Source: a virus (lineage: Duplodnaviria; Caudoviricetes). From it: 36,509 nt of DNA. The notes under the pieces were generated by a model. It had not been told where the DNA came from. It ran no database searches and was given only the letters and a program-made list of their open reading frames with translations. The stretch lies in the IMG/VR virus record IMGVR_UViG_3300049781_000118, positions 1 through 36,509 of that record; one strand, given 5' to 3'. A program made the position numbers and the translations under genes. Positions within the stretch are counted from its first letter, which is position 1; each line of letters opens with the position of its first letter. Shown here one piece after another: positions 9,205 to 17,267 of this stretch.

Positions 9205-9657
9205 CTAGAACGGGTAGCCGATCGTTGGGTTCGCCGGCCCGAACGTCCCAGCCCACTCAGCCAGGGTTTTGGCGCCCTTGGACAGGTTGCAGTGGGCACA
9301 TGCCGGCACAATGTTGGATTCGACGTCAGCGCCACCCTTGGAAAGCGGCTGCACGTGATCGAGATGCGTCGCTAGGTCGCCGCAGTACGCACAGGCATGG
9401 CGCCAGCGTTCGAGGATCGCCGTACGGCTGTATGCCACGTGTTCCACGCCGTAGGACTCAGCGCGGCGCTTATGGGTCAGCTCATGGCGCTTGTCAGGCG
9501 ACAGCCGGCGATAGTAGTTCTTGACGTGCTGGGCAGCCTTCTTACGGCGACACGTCGCACATGCGCTGGAAGGCTTTCCCTTACTCGTGACGAATTCGCC
9601 TGCGCCCTTTCGGCGCCCGCATAGTCGACAGTTCTTGTGCTGGGGAGCTTCGCTCAT
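9205..9657 (-). CDS. Zn-finger HNH endonuclease
   Basis: CRLC..CATC, then CAYC...HLDHVQPLSKGG...NIVPACAHCNLSK. Confidence 0.9.
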   Translation of the reverse strand: MSEAPQHKNCRLCGRRKGAGEFVTSKGKPSSACATCRRKKAAQHVKNYYRRLSPDKRHELTHKRRAESYGVEHVAYSRTAILERWRHACAYCGDLATHLDHVQPLSKGGADVESNIVPACAHCNLSKGAKTLAEWAGTFGPANPTIGYPF

Positions 9658-9806
9658 GGCTGCGCCACCTCCGTAAGCGGGCCGAACACCCTGGCCAGCC
9701 CCTCATAGGTGTCAATCCAGCACCCATGAGCCAGGTCAACCCAATACCCGCCTGATCGTTCTTCCCAGACGTCTCCATCGGCGTCACGAACCATGCGCGC
9801 ATCCAT
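9654..9806 (-). CDS. hypothetical protein (50 aa)
   Basis: Hand translation MDARMVRDADGDVWEERSGGYW...FGPLTEV; coupled at both ends (TGATG, ATGA); D-x-DGD-x-W...GPL pattern common in actinophage small proteins. Confidence 0.65.
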   Translation of the reverse strand: MDARMVRDADGDVWEERSGGYWVDLAHGCWIDTYEGLARVFGPLTEVAQP

Positions 9807-9970
9807 CAGCGAACCCACCTCACGTCAGCCCCACGGGACACTGCATGCCGGACAGCGTCGACGTACCGGCACCACTCTGCCGATTCGCGAATTGCTGGCT
9901 CCAACCAAATCGTGTCTCCATCGCCCATCTGCCGGACGTCACCCATCGCCGGGAACACCCGCACCTTCAC
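9806..9970 (-). CDS. hypothetical protein (54 aa)
   Basis: 3' part of track ORF 9806..10069; GTG at 9970 with GGAG RBS lies downstream of the terminator and operator. Confidence 0.55.
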   Translation of the reverse strand: MKVRVFPAMGDVRQMGDGDTIWLEPAIRESAEWCRYVDAVRHAVSRGADVRWVR

Positions 9971-10021
9971 AGCCCGCTCCAACGGAGCACCTCCTACGAA
10001 AGTCGTATGTGCTTGGACAGC

Positions 10022-10061
10022 AAAAAGGGGCCAGCGGTGCGCGAAGCACTCACTGACCCCT
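10022..10061 (-). terminator. intrinsic terminator
   Basis: AGGGG..GTGC/GCAC..CCCCT hairpin followed by a T-run on the minus strand. Confidence 0.65.
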
Positions 10062-10073
10062 CTGGGCATCGCC

Positions 10074-10373
10074 CTACTCGCTGTCGACGAACCCTGCCGT
10101 TACCAGGCGGACATGTTCGGCCGTGATCCACTGCGGGGCAGCCGTGCGCCTCTTGGCGAATCCCGACTCAACGCCAGTCGGCTGGACGTGAACCACAGGC
10201 ACCAGCACCTTTCCCACATCCGGCACGGCCACCAGTCGGGTGGACACCCCGTCCGGCAGGATCACGGCGTCAGCCATGCGAACCCGGTTGCCGTTCCGCG
10301 CTGCGTAGGCGATCAGGTCGCCCGGATACAGCTCGTTGCCTGCATAGTCCGTGACTACTCCGCGCTTACCCAC
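10074..10373 (-). CDS. hypothetical protein (possible SH3-like barrel)
   Basis: DYAGNELYPGDLIAY pattern; overlaps the upstream gene. Confidence 0.75.
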   Translation of the reverse strand: MGKRGVVTDYAGNELYPGDLIAYAARNGNRVRMADAVILPDGVSTRLVAVPDVGKVLVPVVHVQPTGVESGFAKRRTAAPQWITAEHVRLVTAGFVDSE

Positions 10374-10902
10374 GAGCGTCGCTCACCCGCTCCCAACCGG
10401 TGCCCTCAGCGGACTTGCTGAACAGCCAGTAGCCGCGCGGATGCTTCCAGATGGGCGCCTCACCCCTGAAGAGGTTGGTGTCATCGACGCCTGTGACCTT
10501 GAGGACGTCACCCTTGCGCACGTCTGCGCCGTCAAGGTTGCTGCGCAGGATGCGGATCCGGTCGCCGGCCTTCAGTGGACGCTTCGCAGGCTCCGGCGCA
10601 GAATCGAGCGCAGCCAGTACCGTGTCGGCAGCGTTGAAGTACATGCGCTGTCCAGCGGCGCCCATCACACTGAACGGCTGGGAACTGCCATAGCCGGACA
10701 GCTCACGGAACAGCGCCTCAGCCACCAGCGTGCGTCGATCCTTGATCGCTGACAGTTCGGATTCCCGCGCCAGCGTCACCGTGTCGTCAGCCTTGCGGAT
10801 CAGCCAGCGGTCAGCACCGTGCGTCTTGTGCGGTCCGCTGATGATCTCGGCAGGCATCTCCATGCCCTTATAGGTGACCTTGTCACCCTCGGAGTAGCCC
10901 AT
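10366..10902 (-). CDS. hypothetical protein with two GD.V/I SH3-like segments
   Basis: Strong RBS GAGGAGAG; YSEGDKV and LKAGDRIRI. Confidence 0.75.
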   Translation of the reverse strand: MGYSEGDKVTYKGMEMPAEIISGPHKTHGADRWLIRKADDTVTLARESELSAIKDRRTLVAEALFRELSGYGSSQPFSVMGAAGQRMYFNAADTVLAALDSAPEPAKRPLKAGDRIRILRSNLDGADVRKGDVLKVTGVDDTNLFRGEAPIWKHPRGYWLFSKSAEGTGWERVSDARG

Positions 10903-10949
10903 GCTCTCTCTCCTCTGCTCGTGGTGCGCAGCACTTCCTACTGCCTCAA

Positions 10950-10989
10950 GCCCCGGGCCTGCGGCGCATCAGCGCTACAGACTCGGGGC
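10950..10989 (-). terminator. probable terminator hairpin
   Basis: GCCCCG..CTG/CAG..CGGGGC stem in the intergenic gap. Confidence 0.5.
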
Positions 10990-11001
10990 AAGGGCTACGC
11001 G

Positions 11002-11397
11002 CTAGAACGTCTCAGGCTCCACAGCCAGGGAGTCATAGTCGGTCGCAGGGTCGATGGCGTCAGCCTCGAACAGCATCGGAGACTCGTCGAAGTAGGCAGC
11101 GATCACGTGCACCTGCGCACTGGCGGCGCTCATGTTCACCGGTTCGGCCTTGACGTTCCGCTTGGTGCCCTTGGCGACGACTCCAGCCATGTGAGCGACA
11201 GCCTCACGGGCCTGAGCCGTACCCCTGGCGATCACCGTGGCGCTGACGAACTCGCCGGGGCCAACAGAGTCAGTGCGGGTAACCTCGTACAGGGCCATGG
11301 GGCGATGCCTCCAGAAGTAGAGTGCTGCGGCAAAGGCAGTTCCGCCCAGCGCGCAGAGAGATACGTAGACCATTCCGAACAGCGCAGCGTCATTCAC
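11002..11397 (-). CDS. hypothetical protein; possible internal start at 11299
   Basis: Hydrophobic N-terminus, then MALYEVTRTD preceded by GGAGG. Confidence 0.7.
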   Translation of the reverse strand: MNDAALFGMVYVSLCALGGTAFAAALYFWRHRPMALYEVTRTDSVGPGEFVSATVIARGTAQAREAVAHMAGVVAKGTKRNVKAEPVNMSAASAQVHVIAAYFDESPMLFEADAIDPATDYDSLAVEPETF

Positions 11398-11579
11398 GCG
11401 TACTCCGGGTCGCCGATCGGCTCCGGGTCACCTTGCAGAATGTTCCGGCGCTTGCGCGCAGTCAGAACCAGCGGCCGGTAATACGGGTGGAATTCCCACA
11501 GGGGGCGCGTCAGATATTCCGCTGACGCGCTCCCTAGGATCTTCGCCGTAACGGCCCGCTGAGTGGGGTTCAGCGGCAT
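11394..11579 (-). CDS. hypothetical protein
   Basis: 61 aa ORF filling the gap with a 4-nt overlap. Confidence 0.6.
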   Translation of the reverse strand: MPLNPTQRAVTAKILGSASAEYLTRPLWEFHPYYRPLVLTARKRRNILQGDPEPIGDPEYA

Positions 11580-11591
11580 GTGCAGTCGCCC

Positions 11592-12320
11592 CTAGCGCTC
11601 TTCGGCGATGGCATCGGCGTAGCTGCCCAGAACCGTAATCTCCGGGTGGTAGTAGTCCACCTGCCCGTGCTTCTGGCTCATGTACGACACGTGCTTGATC
11701 TCCAGCCTGCACAGCGCCGGACCGTCGACAGCGTCAAGTGCATCCTTGACTTCGTGGATCACGCCGGCCAGCGTCCATGCCGTGGCGATCAGCTTGCCCT
11801 TACCCAGATCCTCACCCAGGCCGGCCAGCGTGAAGTCCACGTTGATCGCAGGCTTCGGGCCACGGTTCTTGGCTGCCCGATCCTTCCGTTCCTGCATGGT
11901 CTCGGGGCAGCCGCACGGCTCACCCTTGTCCTCAGGCAGAAGCGAGTACATACCGTCGCACTCATGGATCGGTCCGCCCGGACCACCCCACTGAACCAAC
12001 TTGTCCTCAATCGCGCTGCTTCCAGCGATGACAACCTCAATGGCGTTAGTCTCAGTGAGGACGTGCCAGGGCTGGATCTTCGTGTGGTCATACTCCTCAG
12101 GCGAGCCACCAAACAGCTCAGCAATGCCCTTGGCGACGTCCTCCGTGTCAGCGACAACGCGCCAGTTCGGAAGACTGATGCCCTTCATCTTCTTAGGGTT
12201 CTTCGGATCCGGAATCTGCATGCCGGTCCGGAGCTGGAAGGCAGCGCGCTCGTATTCCGACTTATCGGTCTGGGGCGCAGGCTTCGCGTCGGGATCCGTC
12301 TCGAAGATCTTCAGGCCCAT
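11592..12320 (-). CDS. phiC31 gp3-like recombination directionality factor
   Basis: WRV..., IAELFGGSP, HECDG, GEPCGCP, PAINVDFTLA, AWTL, YYHPEITVLGSYADAIA match recalled phiC31 gp3 motifs and length (~240 aa). Confidence 0.85.
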   Translation of the reverse strand: MGLKIFETDPDAKPAPQTDKSEYERAAFQLRTGMQIPDPKNPKKMKGISLPNWRVVADTEDVAKGIAELFGGSPEEYDHTKIQPWHVLTETNAIEVVIAGSSAIEDKLVQWGGPGGPIHECDGMYSLLPEDKGEPCGCPETMQERKDRAAKNRGPKPAINVDFTLAGLGEDLGKGKLIATAWTLAGVIHEVKDALDAVDGPALCRLEIKHVSYMSQKHGQVDYYHPEITVLGSYADAIAEER

Positions 12321-12455
12321 GTGGGTACCGCCGTTTCTGCGCTGAGGCGCGCTGAGTCATCGTGGCCAGGGGAGCGGGCAGGGTCGGCGCAGTGCGCTTC
12401 CGGCTGCCCCGCTCCCCCTTGTGCTGAGTAGTTAGCGAGCGGATTGCCTCGCGGC

Positions 12456-12620
12456 TCAGCGGTGCATCAGGCAGCGCGCGGGAACGTTCTTCGCCGGCAT
12501 CGAACCCAGCAGAGAGCACGGCGCAGCGGTGTAGACCCAGATGCTTCCGCCGATCATCAGCACGATGGCCACAAAGAGGCACAGCGCTTCGATCAGGCTC
12601 GTATCACGTCGCTTCGGCAT
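12456..12620 (-). CDS. small membrane protein
   Basis: MPKRRDTSLIEALCLFVAIVLMIGGSIWVY...; one TM segment. Confidence 0.65.
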   Translation of the reverse strand: MPKRRDTSLIEALCLFVAIVLMIGGSIWVYTAAPCSLLGSMPAKNVPARCLMHR

Positions 12621-12622
12621 CG

Positions 12623-12760
12623 TCAGCCCCCACAACTTCCGCACAGGCCACTTCGCTGGGGGTTACACAGGCAGTTCGGACCACGCAGCGCGATGAACTG
12701 ACCACGCGCCCTCAGACGTGCCTCAGCGCGACGAACAGTGTCGACCAGGTGTGCACTCAT
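12623..12760 (-). CDS. small Cys-rich protein (45 aa)
   Basis: Hand translation MSAHLVDTVRRAEARLR...CLCNPQRSGLCGSCGG; ATGA overlap. Confidence 0.5.
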   Translation of the reverse strand: MSAHLVDTVRRAEARLRARGQFIALRGPNCLCNPQRSGLCGSCGG

Positions 12761-12942
12761 GCCTGTGTCCTCTCGGGGTCGCCCAGCAGGGTGTCCAACT
12801 TCGCGCCAAGGCGCTTCAGATCGGGTACGTCGTCGCTGTGGTGGGCGGCAATCTCAGCCTCAACCCGCAGTTCCCGAGCCTCTTCGAGCGTCAGCCGCAC
12901 CCAAATCGGGGTACGCCGGCTACGGTTCTGATACGCGCGCAT
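12757..12942 (-). CDS. hypothetical protein
   Basis: 61 aa; RBS GGGGAG. Confidence 0.6.
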   Translation of the reverse strand: MRAYQNRSRRTPIWVRLTLEEARELRVEAEIAAHHSDDVPDLKRLGAKLDTLLGDPERTQA

Positions 12943-12945
12943 GGG

Positions 12946-13203
12946 CTACTCCCCCGCGCTTTCGCGCTGCCAGTTGGCCTCTGTCGTCTCGATGTGGCCT
13001 ACGGCGCTGTGTGCATAGGCGGGGTCTCGGTACTTGCCCTGTGATGCCTTGGCGTCCGACTCAGCGCGTGTGATCTGAGCCTTCGCCGATGACCGCTTAC
13101 CGTAGGGGCCGCAGTTCGTGACGAATGTCCCAGAGCCATCAGTGAACGTGCGCACGATGACAGCGCGGTAATACCGGTCGACCTCAGCGTGATTGCGCGC
13201 CAT
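12946..13203 (-). CDS. hypothetical protein (85 aa)
   Basis: MARNHAEVDRYYRAV...GPY; ATG at 13203 just after the exonuclease stop, with GGAGGGG RBS. Confidence 0.7.
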   Translation of the reverse strand: MARNHAEVDRYYRAVIVRTFTDGSGTFVTNCGPYGKRSSAKAQITRAESDAKASQGKYRDPAYAHSAVGHIETTEANWQRESAGE

Positions 13204-13207
13204 GCGC

Positions 13208-14056
13208 CTAGCCCCTCCGCTCAGTACCAGTGATGAACTCGCCGGAACGCGCCAGCGGCTTACCCAGGGCACGTTTCGCGCCGGCCGTTTCCCAGTCGTA
13301 GACGTTGCGCAGGTGCTTGAATACTTCGAAGGCAGCGCGCAGTTCATCGGCGTAAACCGGGTACAGCGTCCAGCCGTCCGGCGTGATGTGCAGGACCACG
13401 GCGCCATCGAACTCGGGCATGGGCTCTTCCGTGCCATCGGCACTGATGATCAGATCCGCATTGGCGTAGGCGCTCATCTGGATTGCCACGCTGGGCCAGA
13501 CGCTCTTAGACGTCTTCCAGTCGGCTATGACGTGGACGTTTCGCCCACCCTCGTAATCCAGAACCCACGTGTCATCCGGGCCAGCGGACACGCGCAGCCC
13601 TAGCCAGCCATCGAAGGAGCCGGCGTATCGCAGCGAATCCGACCAGGCGACGTCTTCAGCGCGCACAAGCTCAGGGCGCACGGCGCTCAGGAACTCGGCG
13701 AAGCCACGCTGATACGGGACCATGTCTGGGTGTACGCGGCCGACCGGCAGACCACGTGCCATGCGCTCGAACAGCTTGTGGGCCGCAGTGCCAATGTCGG
13801 ATCGCTGCTTGGTGTACCGCTTGGCTGCCCCAGCGATGTACCGCTTAGCACCGGCCCTGTCTCGGTCAGCCATGCGCTGTAGGTAGTCGATGGAGTCCAG
13901 CGCCAAATCGGCAGCCATATTGGCGTTCCAGCGAGGCAGGAAAGCCTTGGGGAGCATGTCGACGATCTTCGTCACGCTGGGGTGCCGGACATCCGGCTGG
14001 GTCTCGCGCCAGTAATGGCGATTCTCGCCCGTGGTTTCCGATTTGATGATGGCCAC
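13208..14056 (-). CDS. PD-(D/E)XK / Cas4-RecB-like phage exonuclease
   Basis: PSVTKI, GTAAH, YAGSFD, ADWKTS, QMSAY; first early gene. Confidence 0.85.
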   Translation of the reverse strand: MAIIKSETTGENRHYWRETQPDVRHPSVTKIVDMLPKAFLPRWNANMAADLALDSIDYLQRMADRDRAGAKRYIAGAAKRYTKQRSDIGTAAHKLFERMARGLPVGRVHPDMVPYQRGFAEFLSAVRPELVRAEDVAWSDSLRYAGSFDGWLGLRVSAGPDDTWVLDYEGGRNVHVIADWKTSKSVWPSVAIQMSAYANADLIISADGTEEPMPEFDGAVVLHITPDGWTLYPVYADELRAAFEVFKHLRNVYDWETAGAKRALGKPLARSGEFITGTERRG

Positions 14057-14092
14057 TCGGGGCCCCTCTCAGTGTTGTACGTACTGAGTGGG

Positions 14093-14218
14093 TAGCGAGT
14101 GGATTGCCTAGTGACGAAGTGCTGAAGTGAAGTGCGTTCGGGTTTCCCCTTACATATATAGGTAGATCTCAGATGACTGTCATTTCGTCACTTCATCACT
14201 AAGTGCAGGTCAGAGGGT
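14093..14218. repeat. 126-bp exact direct repeat, copy 1 (promoter motif plus origin-like element)
   Basis: Base-for-base identical to 35652..35777. Confidence 0.95.
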
Positions 14219-14292
14219 GTGCGCTGGCGCTTGGCCCTTGCGCTGATCGTCACTGGCTACCGCCAACGCCACAGGCGACCGTCTGCGGGCAT

Positions 14293-14328
14293 GAAAGAAC
14301 CCCGCCCGACCACAGGGGTCAGACGGGG
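14293..14328 (-). terminator. intrinsic terminator separating the repressor operon from the early region
   Basis: CCCCG..GACC/GGTC..CGGGG hairpin followed by TTCTTTC on the minus strand. Confidence 0.7.
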
Positions 14329-14347
14329 CTAGGAGGCGCTCAGACGG

Positions 14348-14554
14348 CTACACAGGGACGATGCGGGCACCCTGAGCCAGTCTTCCGGTCGCACCGCGTG
14401 TGTCACCGCAGGCAACTACGTTCGGATCACACATGAGCAGTCCACCAGGCAGAGGGCAGTGCTCGGCATGCAGAAGGGTCCGTGTCTCTGGGTCTTCGGT
14501 CAGCATGCCCATGGGGCGTATGAGCCGGCATCGCCAGCAGAGGGCGGTAGTCAC
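14348..14554 (-). CDS. hypothetical Cys-rich protein (68 aa)
   Basis: GTGA overlap with the upstream ORF; CWRC...H..HC. Confidence 0.5.
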   Translation of the reverse strand: MTTALCWRCRLIRPMGMLTEDPETRTLLHAEHCPLPGGLLMCDPNVVACGDTRGATGRLAQGARIVPV

Positions 14555-14793
14555 GGCTGCGGAGGGCGCAACGTCGGGTTGTTGGGGTCGAATCCGAACA
14601 TGCGGGCCAATTCCTCGCGGCTCGGCTGGGCTACCAACTCCCACACGACGTCTGCGGGCAGGGGCTCAGTCGCTGGCCCCTGCGTGACCCGGTAGCCGTT
14701 CTCAGCCAGCCACGACAGCCAGTCGACCACAGTGCCCGGCTTCTTTGCCCGCTCCCAGACCTTCAGCCATTCCGCTGCTTGGATCCTGTCCAC
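14551..14793 (-). CDS. hypothetical protein (80 aa)
   Basis: GTG at 14793 with RBS GGAGGA. Confidence 0.65.
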   Translation of the reverse strand: MDRIQAAEWLKVWERAKKPGTVVDWLSWLAENGYRVTQGPATEPLPADVVWELVAQPSREELARMFGFDPNNPTLRPPQP

Positions 14794-14812
14794 GATTCCT
14801 CCCCTACGGGTA

Positions 14813-14842
14813 AGGGGCGCCAGGGTCATTCCCCAGCGCCCC
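14813..14842 (-). terminator. hairpin after the repressor gene
   Basis: GGGGCGC..GGG/CCC..GCGCCCC stem-loop about 20 nt past the stop. Confidence 0.55.
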
Positions 14843-14861
14843 ACATCTGATGGTCCGTCAG

Positions 14862-16076
14862 TTACAGCGTGGCAGCGATCATGGCCTTAACGGCGTCGGC
14901 GATCTTCAGCAGATCTTCGCGCGCCTGCTTCTTAGCTTCCTCGCTGGCGTTCGCGAAGTCCTCGGCCCCGATCCGGCTGGCGTCCCGCATGAACGACTTG
15001 ACCACGCTGCCGATCTTCTCATCCGGCGACTCCAGCGGCTCGTCCTGGTCCTCAGGCTTGGCCTCACCCGACTCAATGGCACGCTGCTGGCGCCATTTCT
15101 CCGCCTCAATCTCCGCCTTACCCTTCAGCGAAGTGTTGTAGTGCGCAGCGAGGAATTCGGACACAGGCACGTCAGCCGGCTTGCCCTCCAGCAGCTTGGC
15201 GAAGCGCTTCCGCTCCTCGGCAGCCTCAGGGGTGTCGCCGTCCAGATCCCGCAGGTACTTGGCCCGGATGTCCGTCCGGTAGTACTGCACCGACCTCTGA
15301 AGCGCGGTCAGCGCCTTTTCGTTCTCGTAGGTGCGCTCGAAACCCTCGCCGGCCTTGCTGTACAGCTTGCTCATGGCGTCGCGGCTTGCCTGTGCGGTCA
15401 TCTTGATGTCCGGGTTGCCGTCCTTGTCCGGAATCCGGCGCCAGATGTCCAGTCCGATCGCGGCAATTTCCTTGGCCACTTCGGACGTCTTGCGGTGCAG
15501 GCGAACGCCCTCAGCCATCCGCTCAGCGCCCATGTCAACCAACTCGACCACGCCGGAAACAGATGTGTAGTCCAGCGTGGCGACCTCAGCGGCAGGGGCC
15601 GGCGCCTCCTTGGGCTTAGGCCTGGGCTCCGCCTGCGCAGTCTCCCGCCACGTGTCGCGGTACGCCTTCTTAGCCTTGGTGAACGTGATGGGGTCACGCC
15701 CCTCGATCTCCAGCCGGCCACGCGAGGGAAGCGAACTGATGAGCGCCTCAGTCTCCTTTTCCAGCGCCTTCAGACCGTCGATGTTCTCGGCTTCGATCAG
15801 CGAAGCGGCGCGCTCAATGTTCGCTTCGATCTGCTCGGCAGTTTCGGCGTGGTTCGTCTCGGTCTTGGTGTCCGCCATGGCGTTCTCTCCCTCGGTCAGC
15901 TTCGCAGCCTCGCGCCGCTCAGCGTAGGTCAAACAGGTCTTGCACGTCAGCTCAGCGTCAGTCTCACGATAGTTCGACCGGCCCATCCCCGGGGCGCACA
16001 GCGGGAAAACCTCGTCGCCGTTCGTGAACTCGGACCGGCTGTGCACCTTGCCACCATTCACGCTGACTACGTTCAT
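14862..16076 (-). CDS. probable immunity repressor (phiC31 c-like)
   Basis: Syntenic position between dNMP kinase and the early genes; own host-type promoter with adjacent operator; charged helical protein. Call rests mainly on context. Confidence 0.65.
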   Translation of the reverse strand: MNVVSVNGGKVHSRSEFTNGDEVFPLCAPGMGRSNYRETDAELTCKTCLTYAERREAAKLTEGENAMADTKTETNHAETAEQIEANIERAASLIEAENIDGLKALEKETEALISSLPSRGRLEIEGRDPITFTKAKKAYRDTWRETAQAEPRPKPKEAPAPAAEVATLDYTSVSGVVELVDMGAERMAEGVRLHRKTSEVAKEIAAIGLDIWRRIPDKDGNPDIKMTAQASRDAMSKLYSKAGEGFERTYENEKALTALQRSVQYYRTDIRAKYLRDLDGDTPEAAEERKRFAKLLEGKPADVPVSEFLAAHYNTSLKGKAEIEAEKWRQQRAIESGEAKPEDQDEPLESPDEKIGSVVKSFMRDASRIGAEDFANASEEAKKQAREDLLKIADAVKAMIAATL

Positions 16077-16109
16077 TTCCCGCCCCTTGTCGTTGTCCCG
16101 CTGGTGAGT

Positions 16110-16138
16110 AACCTACAGTGCAGGGCACCCCGTGTCCA
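16110..16138 (-). promoter_or_regulatory. host principal-sigma-type promoter for the repressor
   Basis: TGGACA-N17-TAGGTT on the minus strand, about 35 nt before the ATG; operator at 16150..16162. Confidence 0.65.
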
Positions 16139-16176
16139 GCCGAAACACCTACGACTTTCGTACCTGGGAACGCAGA

Positions 16177-16216
16177 GAGCCCCCAACCTGCGGGATTATC
16201 CGCAAGCCAGGGGCTC
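16177..16216 (-). terminator. terminator hairpin ending the late/kinase transcript
   Basis: GAGCCCC..TGCGG/CCGCA..GGGGCTC stem right after the kinase stop. Confidence 0.6.
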
Positions 16217-16221
16217 AGTTG

Positions 16222-16785
16222 TTACACAGCGGCCTCAATCAGCGCATGCAGCGCCTCAATACTGCCGGCATTGGTCAGGGTCATGTCTGCGTCGAAGTCA
16301 TCTAGCTCCGTTTCGCTGGCATGCTGCGCTGTCGTCACCAGAGGGCGACCGGTAGGGCGCACGATACGAACCAGGCGAAACCCGCGCGACCGCAACATCT
16401 CTGCCTCATTGCGATACCGGACGTCGCTGACGACTACGGGCATGTTCAGGCGCTCGGCACCGTTCAGGCTGCGCCGCAGCACGTTGACCCAGTAGTCTTC
16501 GTCGTGCTCGCGCTGGGCTTGCCCGATGCTCTGCAACAGCCGGCGCACCTCAGGGAAGTTGTCTTTGACCATTTCCCATCCGTGCAACTCCACAAGTTCA
16601 CGCAGGCGCCAGTCATACACGCCCGTCTGAGTACGTTCCTGCTCGATCAGCGGGTTGATCCTGAGCGCGTGAGCCTTCAGCGGGTCAGCGAATGCCAGCC
16701 GCGTATACGCATGCCGGCGAACCAGATGCGCCGCTGCACTGTCTTTGCCGCTGCGTGCCTTGCCGATAAGACCGATGTTGTACAT
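16222..16785 (-). CDS. deoxynucleoside monophosphate kinase
   Basis: GKARSGKD, FADPLK, RRLLQSIG, SDVRYRNE, HASE. Confidence 0.92.
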   Translation of the reverse strand: MYNIGLIGKARSGKDSAAAHLVRRHAYTRLAFADPLKAHALRINPLIEQERTQTGVYDWRLRELVELHGWEMVKDNFPEVRRLLQSIGQAQREHDEDYWVNVLRRSLNGAERLNMPVVVSDVRYRNEAEMLRSRGFRLVRIVRPTGRPLVTTAQHASETELDDFDADMTLTNAGSIEALHALIEAAV

Positions 16786-16839
16786 GGGCTACGCCCTCTC
16801 CTGGTTGGTTGCCAGGGTGTTAGCGAGTGGATTGCCGGG

Positions 16840-17016
16840 CTACGCCCCTAGGGCAACGCGCACGATGTCCAGCACTGCGTCAGCGGGGAAGCCAGGGACA
16901 TAGCGCGCGACCAACGGCAGGGCGACGACAGCCACAGCCAGGATCCTGCGCTTGTTCCGAAGAGCCCAGCCCAGCGCCAGCGCCCACTTGTTCTCAGGCG
17001 CGGAATGCTCACCCAT
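16840..17016 (-). CDS. holin-like membrane protein (58 aa)
   Basis: MGEHSAPENKW...ILAVAVVALPLV; RBS AGGAG; located in the lysis cassette. Confidence 0.6.
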   Translation of the reverse strand: MGEHSAPENKWALALGWALRNKRRILAVAVVALPLVARYVPGFPADAVLDIVRVALGA

Positions 17017-17027
17017 GGAAACTCCTG

Positions 17028-17267
17028 TCATCGCGTGAGGAAGGGCACGGCCACACCGACCAGTGCCCCGAGAGTGGCAGCGACGCCAGATGCCCGCCAC
17101 ACACGCTGTTCTAGCGCTGTAACGCGGGTACCTAGCTCCGCCACCTCTTCGTGTGTCTTGTCGTTGGCCAGGCGCTCATCCAGGCGGGTAGTCACCTCGG
17201 ACAAGCGCCGTAGCTCAGCGAACAGCTCTGATGCCGGGATCCATGCGCCCGACTCTTCCGGTGGCAT
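17028..17267 (-). CDS. coiled-coil plus C-terminal TM lysis-cassette protein
   Basis: RVTALEQRVW followed by a hydrophobic tail; TAATG coupling to the endolysin. Confidence 0.7.
   Translation of the reverse strand: MPPEESGAWIPASELFAELRRLSEVTTRLDERLANDKTHEEVAELGTRVTALEQRVWRASGVAATLGALVGVAVPFLTR

Noticed and set aside
9581-9802. Track ORF MRAWFVTP...
   Set aside because: The alternative frame 9654..9806 is coupled at both ends and avoids a long overlap with the HNH gene.
14109-14201. Short GAAGTG repeats, or the dispersed motifs, as a CRISPR array
   Set aside because: There is no repeat-spacer periodicity and no cas operon. The Cas4-like gene is an ordinary phage exonuclease.
14093-14218. 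126-bp repeats as attL/attR or transposon ends
   Set aside because: Phage genes continue on both outer sides, there is no integrase or transposase adjacent, and no target duplication is visible.
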